Shown here: in pieces, positions 8,003 through 10,497 of the stretch
How the letters are laid out: every line of letters starts with the position of its first letter
Numbering within the stretch: position 1 is the stretch's first letter
Assembly: GCA_049599895.1 (NCBI GenBank)
Contig: JBMYPC010000108.1
Span: 1-10,497, forward strand
Length of the DNA: 10,497 bases
DNA from: Bacteriovoracaceae bacterium
Lineage (GTDB): Bacteria; Bdellovibrionota; Bacteriovoracia; Bacteriovoracales; Bacteriovoracaceae
Reading direction: 5' to 3'
The notes under the pieces: model-generated
Databases searched by the model: none
What the model saw: only the letters and a program-made list of their open reading frames with translations
Told to the model about the DNA's origin: nothing
Translations under genes and position numbers: made by a program

Positions 8003-8108
8003 TATTCTATAAGGAATAGAATAGAGCGACAGTCAGCATTTTTTTCCAGGATGAATAAAAATGCACTATAAGATTTTTTTACTTGATAGATTTATTCTCA
8101 TTAGAATA
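8003..8108. promoter_or_regulatory. Three palindromic operator-like boxes, TATTC-N6-GAATA, in the divergent promoter region
   Basis: TATTCtataagGAATA at 8003-8018, TTTTCcaggatGAATA at 8042-8057 (one mismatch), TATTCtcattaGAATA at 8093-8108. Boxes 1 and 3 share the extended flanks TTATTCT...GAATAGA. Confidence 0.65.
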
Positions 8109-8164
8109 GATTAGTGATAAATTTAACGATTATCTAAGTGTTATAAGTTGTTGAAAATACAAGA

Positions 8165-8965
8165 ATGAAAAGAACTAGAGAAGACTTTCTCCATTTAACC
8201 GGTCAGTTATTAAAAGCCGTAAGGGCCATGAAAGGGATAAACCAGTCCCAGCTCGCTACAATTCTCAAAATTTCTCAATCAAAAATCTCAAAAATTGAGT
8301 CTGGAAATCTTGAACTAAGTGCCATTGAGTATGTTGGCCTGTGTCGTTACGCAGATATTAACTTTGATTGTATTGAGAAGGGCTATATTGATGTTTTTCA
8401 TCAAAGAAATGGCTTAGGACAACAAGGGACGATATCTCGAACTCCACAAACTGGTAATGCCTTTAAGTCACGTTTTTTAATGCCATACGTACAATTCGCG
8501 AAAGTCTCTGGGTTTGCCGTAAATGAATTAGTTGGATTAAGTGATCTTGAACTGATCCTGCTCGATAGCGAAATTCCTAACGCTAAAGTTGTCGAGCTTA
8601 TAAAAGACGAGAGGTTTGGCTCTAAATCTTTTAGGGATTTTTATAAAGAGAACTTTAAAAGTGATCTTTTCCATGGAGAGATTCATCATTATCTTGAAAA
8701 TAGTCTCAACACAGTTGAGGTGTTTAAAAAGTACTTTGAAGTTTCAGATCAATATGAGTCAGTCCTTAACAAAAAGATTGTTTATTCAGATGAAAAGAGG
8801 CTCGACTTTGAAGTTACCCCAGGAGATTTCTGGGGAGACAATATGGTTCAGCATCTTGATTTCTTCTATTCAAACCTTTGTTCTTATGGAGGTGAGATGT
8901 CTCAAAATATCCTTAAAAAATCTAAGCAATTAAATTCAACTCTTTATTCTCTGAAAGTAAGTTAA
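8165..8965 (+). CDS. XRE-family (HTH_3) transcriptional regulator with a C-terminal domain related to that of the 5542-6462 protein
   Basis: Clear XRE HTH: GQLLKAVRAMKGINQSQLATILKISQSKISKIESGNLELS. Transcribed divergently from the methyltransferase. The C-terminal segment aligns by eye with the other regulator. Confidence 0.8.
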   Translation: MKRTREDFLHLTGQLLKAVRAMKGINQSQLATILKISQSKISKIESGNLELSAIEYVGLCRYADINFDCIEKGYIDVFHQRNGLGQQGTISRTPQTGNAFKSRFLMPYVQFAKVSGFAVNELVGLSDLELILLDSEIPNAKVVELIKDERFGSKSFRDFYKENFKSDLFHGEIHHYLENSLNTVEVFKKYFEVSDQYESVLNKKIVYSDEKRLDFEVTPGDFWGDNMVQHLDFFYSNLCSYGGEMSQNILKKSKQLNSTLYSLKVS

Positions 8966-8978
8966 TTATCGGTGACCC

Positions 8979-9800
8979 ATGCAAAAAAATACGATCGAAA
9001 TCAAGGGAAAGACGCTCTCTTTTTTAACAAAAAACGAGGGCCCAGAAAAAGCTCTTCTTTTTGTTCATGGGAACTCCTTATCAAAAGATATTTTTCAATC
9101 ACAGATAGAAAGCCTGGCGAAGACAGGGGCTTATTGTATTGCTGTGGACCTTCCGGGTCATGGCGAGTCTTCAAAGCGACTTGAGAATGAAAGTTATTCA
9201 CTAGATTATTATGCTGAAACGCTTAAAGATTTTTGTTCAATACTTGGTCTACAAAAAATTACTTTTTTCGGACATAGTCTTGCTGGACATATCGGAAGTC
9301 ATCTTTTTCAAAAAAAACCGGACTTGTTTGAAGCTTTAATTACATTGGCAACTCCACCTGTTAGTGACGTGGATTCAATGGGAAAAGCGTTCCATCCTCA
9401 TGAAGCGCTTCCATCGCTTGTAACTGGTGATCTTTCTTCAGAGCAGGTTGAGTTTCTTGCCAAAGCATGTTTGGACTCTGAAATGCATGTAAAAGAAGTT
9501 TCAGAGATGATTGTAAAGACTGATCCTCGAACTCGTGATGAACTAGGGAAGTCTCTTGTGTCAGGGAACTTTCAAAATGAGATTGAAATTCTTAAGAACT
9601 CAAACATTGCTTATCTTAATATTTTTAGCGCAAATGACGAGATCGTCTCTTCTGAATACATCAAAAGTCTTCCAATTTTCAGTTTGAAAAATCAAAAAGT
9701 TACAGAAGTTCAGTCTTCTCATAATGCCATTCTCGAAGACCCTGATAAGGTCAAAGTCATTATTGAGGACTTCCTTAATGGGGTTGGTCTTAGCCTCTAA
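8979..9800 (+). CDS. Alpha/beta-fold hydrolase, AidH-like (putative N-acyl-homoserine lactonase)
   Basis: HGNSLSKDIFQSQ, DLPGHGES, SYSLDYYA, nucleophile elbow FGHSLAGHIG (Ser100), TPPV, KTDPRTR, acid Asp220 and His248. The motif series matches Ochrobactrum AidH as I recall it (HGNSSSGAIFAPQ, DLPGHGKS, SYSMEGYA, FGWSLGGHIG, GTPPV, RTDGRAR). The fold is confident; the substrate is inferred. Confidence 0.85.
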   Translation: MQKNTIEIKGKTLSFLTKNEGPEKALLFVHGNSLSKDIFQSQIESLAKTGAYCIAVDLPGHGESSKRLENESYSLDYYAETLKDFCSILGLQKITFFGHSLAGHIGSHLFQKKPDLFEALITLATPPVSDVDSMGKAFHPHEALPSLVTGDLSSEQVEFLAKACLDSEMHVKEVSEMIVKTDPRTRDELGKSLVSGNFQNEIEILKNSNIAYLNIFSANDEIVSSEYIKSLPIFSLKNQKVTEVQSSHNAILEDPDKVKVIIEDFLNGVGLSL

Positions 9801-9807
9801 AGCCCTT

Positions 9808-10497
9808 TTAAAGATAGCCTCGTTTTTCTTGATCTTTTTCAATGGCATCAAACAGCGCTTGAAAATTACCTTCACCAAAGCCGTTATGTTTCTTTCTTTG
9901 AATTAATTCAAAGAACAAAGGCCCAATATAAGTGTCAGTGAAGTTTTGTAAGAGATAGCCTTCAGCATCTCCATCAACTAAAAGTTGTCGGTCTTCGAGA
10001 AGTTTAAGATCTTCTTCAACTTTAAAGCCTCGGTTTGGTATGGCCTCATAATAAGTGTGAGGAATATCGAGGAAGCGAACACCTCGAGATTGAAGATCAC
10101 CTACAGACTCGGTTATGTCGGCAGTTGTTAAAGCAATGTGCTGAACACCTGGTCCATTATGACGATCGATGAACTCTTGAATTTGAGACTTTGAGTCAGA
10201 ACGGTCAGGTTCATTAATAGGAATAATGACATTGCCATTTTCAAGTTGAACAACCTCTGAAAGAAGGCCAGTTTTTAGACCTTTAATATCAAAGTAGCGA
10301 GTGACTTTGAATCCGTAGATTTGTTTATAGAATTCAACCCATTTTTTCATTTCACCTTTTGGGACATTGTTGGTGATGTGGTCAATTCTTGAAACTCTTT
10401 GTGCTAGTGGCTTTGCTTCGGGATCGGATTCAACTTTTGTATATCCTGGTCGAAACAGGCTTTTTGGCCTTTCAATAAATTCATTAACAACATCCCC
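9808..10497 (-). CDS. hppD: 4-hydroxyphenylpyruvate dioxygenase; 5'-truncated by the window edge
   Basis: The frame is open from 10497 (GDVVNEFIERP...RIDHITNNVPKGEMKKW), so the listed 10350 start is internal. Fe-ligand motifs DHITNNV, GPGVQHIAL and FFELIQRK, plus IPINEP, SQIQEF, YLLQNFT and GFGEGNFQALF. Confidence 0.93.
   Translation of the reverse strand, partial: GDVVNEFIERPKSLFRPGYTKVESDPEAKPLAQRVSRIDHITNNVPKGEMKKWVEFYKQIYGFKVTRYFDIKGLKTGLLSEVVQLENGNVIIPINEPDRSDSKSQIQEFIDRHNGPGVQHIALTTADITESVGDLQSRGVRFLDIPHTYYEAIPNRGFKVEEDLKLLEDRQLLVDGDAEGYLLQNFTDTYIGPLFFELIQRKKHNGFGEGNFQALFDAIEKDQEKRGYL

Noticed and set aside
8003..8108. CRISPR-like or mobile-element repeats
   Set aside because: The repeats are only 16-bp spaced palindromes with variable cores and irregular spacing, and no cas, transposase or integrase gene is present. 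An operator array fits better.
7156..8965. Restriction-modification system (methyltransferase plus XRE controller protein)
   Set aside because: The methyltransferase lacks DPPY/NPPY or PC motifs and looks like a small-molecule enzyme. No nuclease is apparent, and the XRE protein is much larger than a C protein.
9801..9807. Intrinsic terminators at convergent junctions (here and at 1003-1005)
   Set aside because: The gaps are only 7 and 3 bp, and I saw no convincing GC-rich hairpin with a U-tract.
5594..9906. Short alternative-frame ORFs (5594-5827, 5834-6046, 6635-6883, 7210-7428, 8616-8933, 8972-9184, 9001-9201, 9600-9878, 9724-9906)
   Set aside because: They lie wholly or mostly within longer motif-bearing CDSs, with no independent evidence of coding or of a peptide-signal precursor.
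10348..10350. Listed ATG start of the hppD ORF
   Set aside because: It is an internal Met. The first iron-ligand motif DHITNNV lies upstream in frame, and the ORF runs off the window.

Overview
AT-rich bacterial window. Gene content and style suggest a Bdellovibrionota/Bacteriovoracales-type genome, which is an inference. Left: the 3' part of an M14/MpaA-like zinc amidase (+), converging on a compact minus-strand phenylacetate-type operon (paaG, a single paaA-like diiron subunit, a paaH split in two, paaJ). Right: the 3' part of hppD (-). Between these two aromatic-catabolism blocks lies a five-gene cassette (5542-9800), the most interesting part of the window. It encodes a SAM methyltransferase and a divergent LuxI/GNAT-fold putative acyl synthase (-), two apparently paralogous XRE-HTH regulators with a V4R/HNOB-like putative ligand domain (+), and an alpha/beta hydrolase closely resembling the AHL lactonase AidH. 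Three copies of a TATTC-N6-GAATA palindrome lie in its divergent promoter. The cassette looks like a self-contained make/modify/sense/destroy small-molecule signalling circuit without LuxR. Family assignments come from motif recognition only; no searches were run.
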